Shown piece after piece: positions 1 through 10,631 of a DNA stretch of 64,000 bases. The notes below the pieces were generated by a model. That model did not search any database. It was not told the origin of the DNA and saw nothing but the letters and a program-made list of their open reading frames with translations. The stretch lies in the IMG/VR virus record IMGVR_UViG_3300032301_000717, one strand, 5' to 3'. How positions within the stretch are numbered: position 1 is the stretch's first letter; each line of letters starts with the position of its first letter. This stretch comes from an uncultured virus (IMG/VR IMGVR_UViG_3300032301_000717) (taxonomy: Duplodnaviria; Heunggongvirae; Uroviricota; Caudoviricetes). A program made the translations under genes and the position numbers.

Positions 1-180
1 ATCGGGTACATTTTTTTCATTTTTGCTTTTTTTATACCTTTTAGGGTATACTTTTTTAATCGTTTTTAATAGTTTTTCAGCCTCTGGAATTGTATCTCTA
101 ATATCTTTTCCAGCATCCTGCAATTGTTTTGCAATAGCTTCAGTCATTAAACGTAATCTTTCTTTTACTTCTTTATTCAT

Positions 181-2912
181 TTAATATATCTTCACAGTTT
201 TAGGCTCAGGATATTGTTTCTCTCCTGTTGCATACGTTGTCCATATTACACCATCTTTGTGCTGTTGACAAGTTGTTATCCAATTTATGAACTTTACCAT
301 ATCTTCTGGATACTCCTCCCACGGCACAATGTACATATCATCTTGATAGAATGTAAATTCTTTTTTATCTAAATCGTAAGACGCTACTAAATTTCTCCAG
401 ACAAACTCAACCACGTTACTCATATATCAGCCGCTCTTTCATCACAACACTGGGAACATAACCAATGGTATTCAATAATGGCATGCACATCACTAGCATA
501 AGGGCATATAGTCCATTCTACGTTTTCTTCAGTTCCGCAATCTTCACAGGTATGTTTATCATTCATCTTCTGGCTCCCAACCATCGTTCATTATAACTTC
601 GTTATTTTCATTAAGAAATCCATAAGAATTTGTGTAACGAGCAACCATGCCGGCGTGTTCTAGTGTTGTTAAAATTACATCAGCATTTTTAATTTCTGAT
701 TCTGTAAAATTAGTACGAACTCCACTAAAACTTCCGTTTAAAAAGTCTAATTGATTTGCAATTAATTTTAATGCTTCACTTCTCTTCATCTTACTCTCCT
801 TTATTTATGAGGTTATCCAATACCCAAACGTCATGCTCTAATCCGTCTACAATCTTACCATCATTATGTAATAAATCAAGCTCTAAAAGTTCTGCTATTA
901 TCTTCGTGCTATATGTACTCTGTGTTTGTAATAACTGTATACACTTGTTTAGTTTTTCTTCTTTACTCATTGTTATTTATCCTTTGTGCTTGGAATACTA
1001 AATACGTGATCGTTATTTTCTAAAAATAAATCTCCCACTGATAATCTTATATTACGTAGCTTTTCTGCAAGTTCGGCATTACCACTTTTTCTTATTACAT
1101 CTTCAATATCAAAAATACAATCCGCAATTACAATAAGATTCTGTCCTTCGTCCCATTTAGTCATTGTTACTCCTGCTCAAAATGTGCAGCAACCTGCAGC
1201 CAAATCTTCTCAGCAAATTGTACCTCAGATGGTGTATATGCGTCTATTTTATTTCTTAGTATATTACGAAACACCTCGTCGTATAAAGTGTCGATCTGCA
1301 TTTTAAATAAATCGGCTTTAAGGGCGTTCTCCATACTTTCACGACCTTCGTGTTCGTCTAGGTTAAAAGATAGTGTACCTTTCTTATTCATTTTCTCTCT
1401 CCCTTTCTAAAACTTTTAATTGAATCAGTACTTGTTCCAATAAGTCTACCATTTTTATCGAAATTAAAATTAACAGCATCTCTTACTGAGATACACAGTA
1501 TTGCGCCTAATTTCACAGCTTCATCATCTAAAAATTTTGATTCAGTGAAAGTAGAATATACTGTATTTGTTGATGATAAAAATATTAAAAGACTAGCTAA
1601 ATCGTTCATTTACTCTCCATTTCTTTTAGTGCTTCTCTGGCTCGTTTACCACCCAATAAAATAGGAGAGCCATCTTCTCTTATTAAGGGTTCATGATCGC
1701 ATAATATTCCAGCAAAATAATAATGGTTTCCAATCCAATTAGATCTATCAACGTAAAACTCTAATGCCTCACGTAGCTTTTTGTTTTTAGCTTGGAGTTT
1801 TTCAATTTCTTTTCTAAGAAGTTCGTTTGTCTCAGGGATAGTGTTTAAGTTAATACAGTTAGAATTAAAGGTTTGTTCGCTTTTCTCTGATACTTCATCA
1901 AATGAAACTCCACTATCAGAAGGTACTATAATTTTCTGCCCAAGTAAAGTATACACTTGCTTCTTAGCTTCCATCTCTCTAATATCCATTGCAGCATCGG
2001 CTACAGCATGCCAATCTCTCTGTTCTATTTTTAATTTCATATACGAAATCATCTGATCAATTGATGTGTTTAATTCTTCAATTCTTTTCATAACCACCCT
2101 ATATGAATAAGATCGGTAGCATTTAACTTTATTTTTTTGCCTCGATTTTGTACATATATAACAATACGCTTAGTTTTAAAATCAATCTTAAAAGAACCTG
2201 TAAATAAAAACATTCTGTCGTGTTTTGCTGAATATAATATCTCTGTCATAACTTATCCCACTCCACCTTACCGCCAAGTTGTTCAGCATACCACTGAATT
2301 GCTTTTCTTAATTCTTCTAATGAAGCATAATCTGCATCGTCAGTTAAGCTTGCTTGATTTCCAGCAAAGGTTACACGTTTAGCGTTTTGACCAAATTTTG
2401 TCCATACATGCCAAGGTACTTCGAGATCTGTTTGCAACTCTAATTGTTCTTTAATTTTCATTTATCTATCCCATTCTCCATTACATTCAGGACACTTCCA
2501 AGCAACCACTCTATCTTTTTCCATACAGCTTACGCCTATTCTTTTGTCCCACTTATTGTTTTTACCATGTTCATTCCATCCGTAATAAGAACTTGCTGCT
2601 CTTTCTGCGACTTCTTGAGTATATCCTCTTTTTACAAAAGATTCTATTACATTTTCTCCATCAAGGCTTACGTAACAATACGGACAATATCCGTGAATGT
2701 TATTCGTCATAGACTACCTCACTCCAATATTGTAAATCATTTTTTTGTATACGAATTTTGTCCATGCATAATATCTGTTTATTAGACTTAAATAAGTAGG
2801 CTACTTTTAACTTAAAAATATTGCTATCTTCATAACTTTTATATAAAATTAATATATCCAAATCTTTAGCGCACAAGTGTTGATACACTCTACCTTTCTC
2901 AAACATAAGCAC
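181..2912 (-). other. Cluster of short, tightly packed hypothetical ORFs (early/host-takeover-type region)
   Basis: Abutting or overlapping 48-163 aa minus-strand ORFs (181-423, 559-789, 973-1164, 1167-1391, 1388-1609, 1606-2097, 2246-2461, 2462-2710, 2700-2912), several with GGAG/GAGG-like RBS. No family recognised. Confidence 0.7.
420..566 (-). CDS. Small Cys-rich (Zn-binding) hypothetical protein, 48 aa, not in the ORF track
   Basis: MNDKHTCEDCGTEENVEWTICPYASDVHAIIEYHWLCSQCCDERAADI; fills the gap between 181-423 and 559-789 with short overlaps at both ends. Confidence 0.6.
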   Translation of the reverse strand: MNDKHTCEDCGTEENVEWTICPYASDVHAIIEYHWLCSQCCDERAADI

Positions 2913-2924
2913 CCCCTCATGATA

Positions 2925-2953
2925 AGTATATAGTATAAATTTGTTTTGTGCAA
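2925..2953 (-). promoter_or_regulatory. sigma70-type promoter
   Basis: Minus strand TTGCAC-17 nt-TATACT immediately upstream of ORF 2700-2912. Confidence 0.6.
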
Positions 2954-2988
2954 ATGGAAACCTATGTTAAAATATAAACGGAGGATTT

Positions 2989-3153
2989 ATGGAAAATAAA
3001 TATTATCAAATGTTCCCAGACGGTACTATTCAATCAATTTGCCCCCCTAACAATACAGTACCTGCTGTAGTTGCAGATGTCATCTCATTACTTGTTCGAG
3101 AGGGCGAGCTTTCGTTAGCTCAACATATTCTAGCTTTTTACACCAAGGAATAA
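2989..3153 (+). CDS. Hypothetical protein, 54 aa, not in the ORF track
   Basis: GGAGG RBS then ATG at 2989 (MENKYYQMFPDG...); TGTTAAAAT extended -10-like box at 2965-2973; stop 2 nt before the next plus-strand ORF. Confidence 0.65.
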   Translation: MENKYYQMFPDGTIQSICPPNNTVPAVVADVISLLVREGELSLAQHILAFYTKE

Positions 3154-3155
3154 AA

Positions 3156-3434
3156 ATGCGTTCGTTTAAACTAGCGTGTCCTTTTTGTGGTGAAGTTGCC
3201 CTCATCAGTCAAAGTTGGCTAGAGAAAAACGATAGAGTGGGCTGTATGAATTGCAATAAGTCTTGGGAAGTATCCCCAGATGAAATGGATTTATCGCAGC
3301 CCGATTTTTTTGAATATACTCCAGAAATGGAAGATGAAAGCACTGAGGTATTAGATGAATTTGTAAGAGAGTATCTGGGAGAGTATTACGACGAAATTGC
3401 TGATATGACAAAGAAATCTAAAAAACATCTTTAG
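3156..3434 (+). CDS. Zn-ribbon protein with acidic C-terminal half
   Basis: CPFC...CMNC pair, D/E-rich tail, AAGGA RBS. Confidence 0.65.
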   Translation: MRSFKLACPFCGEVALISQSWLEKNDRVGCMNCNKSWEVSPDEMDLSQPDFFEYTPEMEDESTEVLDEFVREYLGEYYDEIADMTKKSKKHL

Positions 3435-4749
3435 TTTTTCTCAAGATTATATATACATTGAAGTTTATAGTGACTTAATCCATAATTAATACAAGTATTG
3501 TTGTTACAGTGATACATTAAATCCATCTGAATATCTTTATAATACTCAAACATTTTTTCATCGCACTCTTCTGAGATTTCTTCAAATGTTTTCTTAGGAG
3601 AAATAGATCCTGTAATATTCCATAGAATAGATACTCCAATAATTCCTATTAGAAGAACAATCCCTATTCTCATTTTTTTGCTCCTTGGCAAAACCCTCTA
3701 ATTTCACTTGCGTTCATTTCCATTTTAAGATTGTGTAGTGTTGTTTCACAATCTAGTTTATCGTTAAAGGTGTGCGTAAAGCTTACGACATTTTTTGAAT
3801 AAATAACTGTTGCAAATAAAATATATATCATCTAATCCTCCAAAGGACTTAAAAATAACTGTAAATCTTTTTCTATTTCTTCTTGTCTAAAGTATTGTTT
3901 ATCTACTAAAATATTCCATCCTAGTTTATACTTATCGTTAGACATTATAATCAGGTCGCCTTGCTGAGTTACGATAACTTTTATAGTATAATGCTTTATG
4001 TTATTAATAAATTCAATCTGATCACCAAATATATGATAACTAAATTTTGGATGTTTGTTAATTATATCATATAGATTTATATTCATTCAATGTTCCTTTG
4101 ATGTTGTTTGAAATAGTGCTGCCATTGCTTCAACAATAAAACACAAAGAAAACATATTCGCTTTATCTTTATATTCTTCCCAAACAATTTCATATGCTTG
4201 TGGAGGCATGCTTAGTAGCAGAGTTTTGTATTTGTCAAATTCAACACCCTCCCCAAAATCACTCTCTAATTCTTTTACAATCTTAGTATAAGCTAAACTA
4301 GCTGTCACTATTTACCGCCATCTATCTTACTTGTTTCTTTTTCTCTAAGTTTACAACCATTAACTTTATTCATTGTGGTACACCCACTAATAAATAAAAG
4401 CAAAAGTAAAAATCTCATTAATCCTCCATTTTATTACATCTTATGCAATATTTTTTTGTTTTATATCTTATCTTGTCGTCAGGAAAATATGGTAAAATTG
4501 TTTTTATAACCAGCCAATAGTCGTGTCCTATAAATAGGCAAATTAATTTTTTTAAAACTATAGAGAACTTAACCATACTGATCCGTCATATCTTTTCTTA
4601 AAATCATCAAAAGAAGAAACCTCTACAAAGTCTTTATTATTTGAATGAAATACAATAAGATCATTGGCTTCCTTTATCATTGCAAAGACTACTAGCTTGT
4701 TTTCTTCTTCGTTATATATTACGTATTCTTTATTTACTTCCATTATCAT
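3431..4749 (-). other. Cluster of short hypothetical ORFs
   Basis: Minus-strand ORFs 3431-3691 (N-terminal hydrophobic segment), 3832-4086, 4087-4308 and 4558-4749. Confidence 0.6.
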
Positions 4750-5449
4750 TAAAACTCTCCGATACTAATCTTACAGGATGTTGTTCATCTTTAAAATAAA
4801 TTTTTGTAAGCTCTACTAATGGCTTATCTCCGTACATTTTTTTCAATTTATAAATTAGCATTTTGTACATCATTCCCCAAGCTACGTGTTTTCGTAAAGG
4901 GTATAATTCCACAAAATAAAGAAGTTTCCCAGAGGTTTGTTCTTTAGCCTTATTTGTAGTAATTAAAAAGTTTATCAAATAGAATGGAAAAAATAGTACT
5001 TGTAGTAGTGGAGCAACTTTTCCCAAAGCCAGCCAAATGGACCAATTTCCCGGATTCATTGGTGCTCTTAATCCTTTTTTAAGATTATTGTAACTAAAGC
5101 AATGTTTCAATCCGTATATAGCTATATCAGACGCATAGTGAGTACCTAAATAGTAAGATCCTGCTGCAATAGCTGATATGTTGTCGTGAGATATAGTACG
5201 TTTATCTATACCAGAAGCTGCTGCTATTTGTGTATCTAAACTACCTCTATCGTAAAGTCCCGGTTCAATTTCAATGTTTTTTACTACTTCCTTAAACTTA
5301 TCCTCGTCTTCTGGAGTTATTGGATTAGTCATGAGTAAGTATTCTACTAAAAAAAGAATACCATTTTCATTCTGCCTATTACCTGTATTGATATCAGGCA
5401 AAAGCTCTAGTCCGTGTACTGGGTTGTAATATTTTTCTATATTTTTCAT
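4730..5449 (-). CDS. Hypothetical protein, 239 aa, with a hydrophobic segment
   Basis: Long ORF in the coding direction of the region; no family recognised; preceded by a structured ~150 nt non-coding segment. Confidence 0.75.
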   Translation of the reverse strand: MKNIEKYYNPVHGLELLPDINTGNRQNENGILFLVEYLLMTNPITPEDEDKFKEVVKNIEIEPGLYDRGSLDTQIAAASGIDKRTISHDNISAIAAGSYYLGTHYASDIAIYGLKHCFSYNNLKKGLRAPMNPGNWSIWLALGKVAPLLQVLFFPFYLINFLITTNKAKEQTSGKLLYFVELYPLRKHVAWGMMYKMLIYKLKKMYGDKPLVELTKIYFKDEQHPVRLVSESFNDNGSK

Positions 5450-5454
5450 AATAA

Positions 5455-5603
5455 TAAAAACTGTTAATGCTTTCAGCTATTTATCGGGACAGTTAACTCC
5501 GACATAGTTCTGGATTCTATGCTTACCCTATAACGTAAATTTATCTTCCTTGAAATTTACTATTATAGATTATCGAATGGTAGGAGGTCCATTCAGTAAT
5601 ACC
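5455..5603 (-). ncRNA. Candidate structured sRNA or 5' leader with four consecutive hairpins
   Basis: Inverted repeats at 5575-5594, 5528-5568, 5503-5521 and 5484-5502, directly downstream of a minus-strand TGGTATAAT extended -10 (5608-5616). Confidence 0.5.
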
Positions 5604-5806
5604 ATTTATTATACCATAATTTTTTCAAATACAAACTATTCATATGGAATATACTTTCCAACTTCGCATAATTTATAGAAATGCCCTTCTAAATAGATAA
5701 CATCATGTAGTAATATATCCCTATTTATAAAATTATTTTGTATGATTGATCCAAATATAAGAGAGCTTAAAACAATTCCAAGTATCAAACCTTTTGTAAA
5801 TGTCAT

Positions 5807-6238
5807 CTATTCTCCAGAGCTTCCAAAATTAGCCGTGTTTCTATTTGTAGAACTAAGATCTTCGCAGATAGAAAACTCTATGCTAGGGTACGCCATAATT
5901 ATAAGTTGACCAATTCTATCTCCTACTATGTATATCTTATTAAGTTTTTTACTTTTTGTCTTTGTTTTCTTAAATTTTAAAATCAACTCACCTCTATAGT
6001 TTGAATCAATTACTCCAACGTGATTAGCAAGAATTAAATCATACTTACTAATACTAGATCTTGGGTATATTAATCCAACATACCCCTCTGGTATCTCTAT
6101 AGCTATTCCTGTTCCATATACATAACAATCGTTCTCAATAGAAAAAGATGTTGCTGTAAGATCTAGTCCAGCATCTCCATTTCTAGAATATGAGGGAATT
6201 ACCCCCTCTTCTGTTATTTTTTTAATGTTTACTTTCAT
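5807..6238 (-). CDS. dut: Trimeric dUTPase
   Basis: All five motifs: AGLDL, PRSS, GVIDSNYRGE, DRIGQL, RxxxxFGSSG. Confidence 0.95.
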   Translation of the reverse strand: MKVNIKKITEEGVIPSYSRNGDAGLDLTATSFSIENDCYVYGTGIAIEIPEGYVGLIYPRSSISKYDLILANHVGVIDSNYRGELILKFKKTKTKSKKLNKIYIVGDRIGQLIIMAYPSIEFSICEDLSSTNRNTANFGSSGE

Positions 6239-7245
6239 TCAAGCTCCTCTTTTCTGTAATTATACGCTGCCATATTTTCTTTAGTATTGATTTCAACCTC
6301 AGAGTTAAACTTTACCTTTGGTCTAAATATTGTCATAGCATTATCAAAGAAATATTGATCTAATGTTTCGTATTTATTTTTAAATACAGGGTTAGGGTTT
6401 CCTTCCAGTGTTGTTAGACAAAAAGTTAATTCTGCAAAATTGCAAGAACTGTAGTATGGTTTTGTTTTGAATCCACAAGCTTCAAGTGTTTTTTTAATAG
6501 ATAGAAAGCACTTTGATTCTTTTGAGATAGATCCACACTGAACGCTCATAGCTCCGTTAGGTTTTAGTAGTTTTTTTACATTTGTATAAAATTCTAAACT
6601 ATATAACTTGTTAAATATAACATCATCGGGATCTGGGAAGTCACATATAATTACATCGTACATATTGATACAAGATTGAACAAACGTATAAGCATCATCG
6701 TTAATAACACTACATTTATCCATAGAGTTTTCGTTAAATTCACGCATCACTGGGTCGTATGTAAATATGTCTGTAATATTCTTATCGAAGTCAACTAAGG
6801 TTACGTTTACATTATCTAGTTCTTTAAATAGTTGCTTGGCAACTAATCCGTCCCCTCCACCTAGTATCAAAACATCTTTAATGTCTGTTAAACAAGCCAC
6901 TGCAGGACTCACTAAAGCTTCGTGGTATATAGTGTCTATATCCGTTATGAACTGTATTTGATCATTAATGATTAGTGTGTAGGTATCTTTTCCATCTCTC
7001 AGTAAAACTACGTCCTGATTTTCACCTTTTATCGAATAAACTACATTGTTTCCCGGTAAAGGTTGTACTACGTCTTTTGCTTTAATACAAAAAGCTTCTA
7101 GCATGCCTAATTCTTCTTGTTTTATGCTGGTAGTGATTACCGTGTCGTCTTTTATAATAGTCAGTTTGTCGTGCTGTATAGAAAACAAAATATCGTTTAT
7201 TGATAAAGTGAACGATTTTAGTATTCTTGTTTTTCTTAAATCCAT
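6235..7245 (-). CDS. speE: Spermidine synthase-like polyamine aminopropyltransferase
   Basis: QF...YHEALV, VLILGGGDG and DVIICDFPDP...KLYSLEFY motifs typical of aminopropyltransferases. Confidence 0.85.
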   Translation of the reverse strand: MDLRKTRILKSFTLSINDILFSIQHDKLTIIKDDTVITTSIKQEELGMLEAFCIKAKDVVQPLPGNNVVYSIKGENQDVVLLRDGKDTYTLIINDQIQFITDIDTIYHEALVSPAVACLTDIKDVLILGGGDGLVAKQLFKELDNVNVTLVDFDKNITDIFTYDPVMREFNENSMDKCSVINDDAYTFVQSCINMYDVIICDFPDPDDVIFNKLYSLEFYTNVKKLLKPNGAMSVQCGSISKESKCFLSIKKTLEACGFKTKPYYSSCNFAELTFCLTTLEGNPNPVFKNKYETLDQYFFDNAMTIFRPKVKFNSEVEINTKENMAAYNYRKEELE

Positions 7246-7694
7246 TTAATCGTCCCTTCCTGTTAATTTAACTAATAAGAGTATAAATAAAGCTATTATT
7301 GGAGCCATAACGAACACAGTTAAGATGTATACTATAAATAGTTTAAACATAATCGTCCTTTAGCATATCATCTAGATTGTACTCTAAGATATGAGGATAG
7401 CTTCCCAAGTCTTCATTTTTTTGCTGCAGATCTTCTATTCGACTATCGGCAGCTTTAGCTGCATTTTCATAAGATGTGTATACCCCTATAATGTCAGTAT
7501 CCTCAAGTCTAACAACGGTTGAAACATAAACTACCATAAAATCTCCTTATTTTAAAGCTATGAGCCAACAAGTATATCTAAAGTAAAAATCAACAAACCA
7601 TTCTTTATTTTTATTATATACAATCAATCCGTATCTTTTTGTTGTATTTGATCTAGATTTTAACATATTCATAAAGTATCTCCGTTTACATTAT

Positions 7695-7702
7695 AACAAA
7701 TA
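7695..7702 (+). promoter_or_regulatory. AACAAATA putative late-promoter motif
   Basis: Upstream of the isolated plus-strand ORF 7720-7914; the same motif precedes several virion genes. Confidence 0.45.
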
Positions 7703-7719
7703 CATATGAGGGATTCCAA

Positions 7720-7914
7720 ATGATTTGTAAAATTTGTAAAAAAGACAAGCAAAAAATTCCAGTTATCAAAGGTAGCTGTACTAGGTTTGTAGATGTAGAT
7801 GACCGTGTTTGGAATGGAAAGCAATGTCCAGATTGCTATAAAGAGTACAATAGAAATCGAATGAGATCTACTCGACAGAAACAAAATGAAGTTTCTGACC
7901 AAAAATCAAAATAG
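7720..7914 (+). CDS. Small basic Zn-finger protein
   Basis: CKIC...CPDC with Arg-rich tail; GAGGGA RBS and AACAAATA motif upstream. Confidence 0.6.
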   Translation: MICKICKKDKQKIPVIKGSCTRFVDVDDRVWNGKQCPDCYKEYNRNRMRSTRQKQNEVSDQKSK

Positions 7915-8230
7915 TAAATAATAAACCACCAAGTTCTAAACTAATATATTTATCATTAATATCAACTACTTGGAAGCTTTTAGACTGAAGCTTTCCCTTT
8001 GCTATATTTCTTCCTATTTTTTTATTATAGTTGTCTTTCTTTGAGCAAAGAGAAACACCAGCACTTAGCATAATAGACTCTCCGGATCTCAGGTTTACTA
8101 AATTTTGACTTAAAGGTAATACATCTAAAGCAAAAGTAATGCCTCCTCTAGCCTCCAGTTGTTTAGACCACCCGTCTAATTTTTGTATATTTTTATATGA
8201 TCTTTTATGAAAAAATTGAATATTACTCAT
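7868..8230 (-). CDS. Phage hypothetical protein with a G-x-S-x-C...D-x-Y-x3-IGRxIA motif
   Basis: RGGITFA...AGVSLCSKKDNYNKKIGRNIAKGKL. Confidence 0.6.
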   Translation of the reverse strand: MSNIQFFHKRSYKNIQKLDGWSKQLEARGGITFALDVLPLSQNLVNLRSGESIMLSAGVSLCSKKDNYNKKIGRNIAKGKLQSKSFQVVDINDKYISLELGGLLFTILIFGQKLHFVSVE

Positions 8231-8820
8231 AGCAAGTTTCTCCCATTCTTAACAATTCAGCGGTTGCCCATTTACCTTTGTATTCAAAATATACTCTAGG
8301 CTTACCCTCAACACAAATTTCTTTATTCTTTGTTGCACTATTTTCTAAGTATAGAACTGATAGCTTTGCAACGCCTGCTGCTATCACTAAAACAAAAAAA
8401 ATTTCTTTCATAATTCTCCTAAAAAATATAATTCCAACTTACATACATAGCCAAACAATCAGGCATAGCTGCAAATCGAGAAGATGACACATAGTATCCA
8501 TTTTTTTCTAAAACTGTTTTTATTTTTAAGTATTGACTAGCTGTAATAAATACTTCCATCTCATCAAAACCAATCTCACAATGTTTTTTAATAAGCACAT
8601 CTATTTCAGATATTTTAGTAAATACATCACTATGGTATTTCTGTACTTTTTTTCTAGCTGTATTTTTCTTTATCATACAAACTCCTACTTAAGTAGTACT
8701 CCGGCTATCCAAAAAATCCAACCTACGGCTTGGTATAGCATTTGTCTTTTAAAGGGTCTTTGAAATATAGAGTATATAAAAAATACTAAAGCACATATAT
8801 TTAAAAACCCAGAAGCCATA

Positions 8821-10608
8821 CTAATCCTTTTTACTAAACGACACTTCGCATATACCTTTAGCACAATCGTCTACTACCATTGTATCAACTTTATTGTCAA
8901 TAGCAAAACGCTTTTTAGCTTCTTCTAAAGAAATAGCCTTTAGTGGCGGTTCATGCTCCACTCCATTTTCGTCAATATAGTTTCTACTACCATCTCTATA
9001 GAATGTTGTACCCTTTAGATCAGGTAAATACTTTAACCAAACCTTAGACATATCTTCCATTGAGTAGTCTTTTGCCATATTAATAGTCTTTGATACAGCG
9101 TTATCAATATGCTTTTGTACAATTCTTTGTACTTCTAAGTGTTGCTCAACTGAAAGCTCAGTAGATCCTACAAAGTGTTCTACAGACTTACCTTCTTTCA
9201 TAAACTGATCAAACAAAGGATGGAATACTGTCTCCACTTGTCTTTGATTACCCACGAAGAAACGTCTTTCATAAGCTGGAGCAAACATAGGCTCTACGCC
9301 AGAAGAACAGTTTCCAGACACAATAGAAACAGTTCCAGTAGGTGCTTGCGTTAAGATTGCGCAGTTTCTAATACCGTGCTCTAAGATTAAAGAACGGATT
9401 TTCTTAGGCATCCTTTTAATAAATCCTGACTCTATGTGACGTTTTCTGTCACATACTGGAAATGGTCCTTTTTCAATTGCTAACATGATAGACGTTTCGT
9501 AAGCTACTTTACTTATGAATCTAAATAGCTTGTCGATAACTTTGTTTCCGTCTTCACTACCATACTTAACTCCGATAAGAGTAAGCATATCAGCAAGACC
9601 TGTAGTTCCTAATCCAATTCTTCTTAGTTGATGCGATTTCTTTTGCATCTCTGTTAAAGGATATGTGTTTACAGTGAGTACGTTATCTAAAAATCTTACA
9701 GCAGTACGAATAGAGTCTGCTAGTTTTGAATAATTAATTTCATTATTTTCTACAAATCTAGTAAGAACCAAATGTCCTAAATCACAACTATCATAAGATG
9801 ACATTGCAATTTCTCCACATGGATTTGTAGTTACTAGTGGTTCAATATAATAAATATTACTTTCATTATTAGCTAATTCCCAGTTTAAGAATCCCGGTTC
9901 AGCCGACGACCAAGCGTTTTTAACAATCTTTTGCCAAAGATCTCTAGCTTTGATCGTTTTTTTGTATTGACCTTTCCAGCTAAGTTCCCATTCTCCATCT
10001 GTTTCAACACGTTTCTTAAAACCAGTAACATCGTGACAGCGCACAGAAACATTCGCATACGTCAATTCCCCCTTAGTTAGTTTTGCATCTAAAAATTCTT
10101 CAATATCAGGGTGATGTAAATCTAACGAAAACATTAAGGCAACTCGTCTTTGACCTCCAGCACGAACAGGTTCAGCGCATCCATTAACTAGTTTCATTAA
10201 AGCTACAGGACCGGGACATTCACCTTTCTGATCCCCAATCTTAGCACCTCTAGGTCTAACGTCAGAGAAATCAATTCCACACCCTCCGCCTGTCATACTA
10301 GTAACAATCATTTCCTTAGCGATGTTTCCCCAACCTTCTTTACTATCTAAGTCATTACCTAAAACAAAACAGTTAAGCAATTGAGCATTAACTCTTCCTG
10401 AGTTGTAACAAATTCTTCCTCCCGGAACAAATTCGTTTTTTGAAATAATGCCAAAGAATTTTTCTTCATAAATCTTTTGTTTTTCTGGGGACTCAGCTTT
10501 AGCCATCTGTTGTGCAATTCTTCTAGAAAATTGCTCCCAAGTTTCTTCTTCGGTGAAAGCATAACGAGACTTAAAAATATCCAAAGAAAACCCTTCAGGC
10601 TTAAACAT
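8821..10608 (-). CDS. nrdJ: Ribonucleotide reductase, probably class II (B12-dependent)
   Basis: PGGRI, LLNCFV, GGGCGIDFS, TNPCGEI, APTGTVS, KGTTFYRDGSR and C-terminal CxxGxC; no ATP cone and no adjacent beta subunit gene. Confidence 0.88.
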   Translation of the reverse strand: MFKPEGFSLDIFKSRYAFTEEETWEQFSRRIAQQMAKAESPEKQKIYEEKFFGIISKNEFVPGGRICYNSGRVNAQLLNCFVLGNDLDSKEGWGNIAKEMIVTSMTGGGCGIDFSDVRPRGAKIGDQKGECPGPVALMKLVNGCAEPVRAGGQRRVALMFSLDLHHPDIEEFLDAKLTKGELTYANVSVRCHDVTGFKKRVETDGEWELSWKGQYKKTIKARDLWQKIVKNAWSSAEPGFLNWELANNESNIYYIEPLVTTNPCGEIAMSSYDSCDLGHLVLTRFVENNEINYSKLADSIRTAVRFLDNVLTVNTYPLTEMQKKSHQLRRIGLGTTGLADMLTLIGVKYGSEDGNKVIDKLFRFISKVAYETSIMLAIEKGPFPVCDRKRHIESGFIKRMPKKIRSLILEHGIRNCAILTQAPTGTVSIVSGNCSSGVEPMFAPAYERRFFVGNQRQVETVFHPLFDQFMKEGKSVEHFVGSTELSVEQHLEVQRIVQKHIDNAVSKTINMAKDYSMEDMSKVWLKYLPDLKGTTFYRDGSRNYIDENGVEHEPPLKAISLEEAKKRFAIDNKVDTMVVDDCAKGICEVSFSKKD

Positions 10609-10631
10609 GATTTTTCCTTTTAATGTGATTA

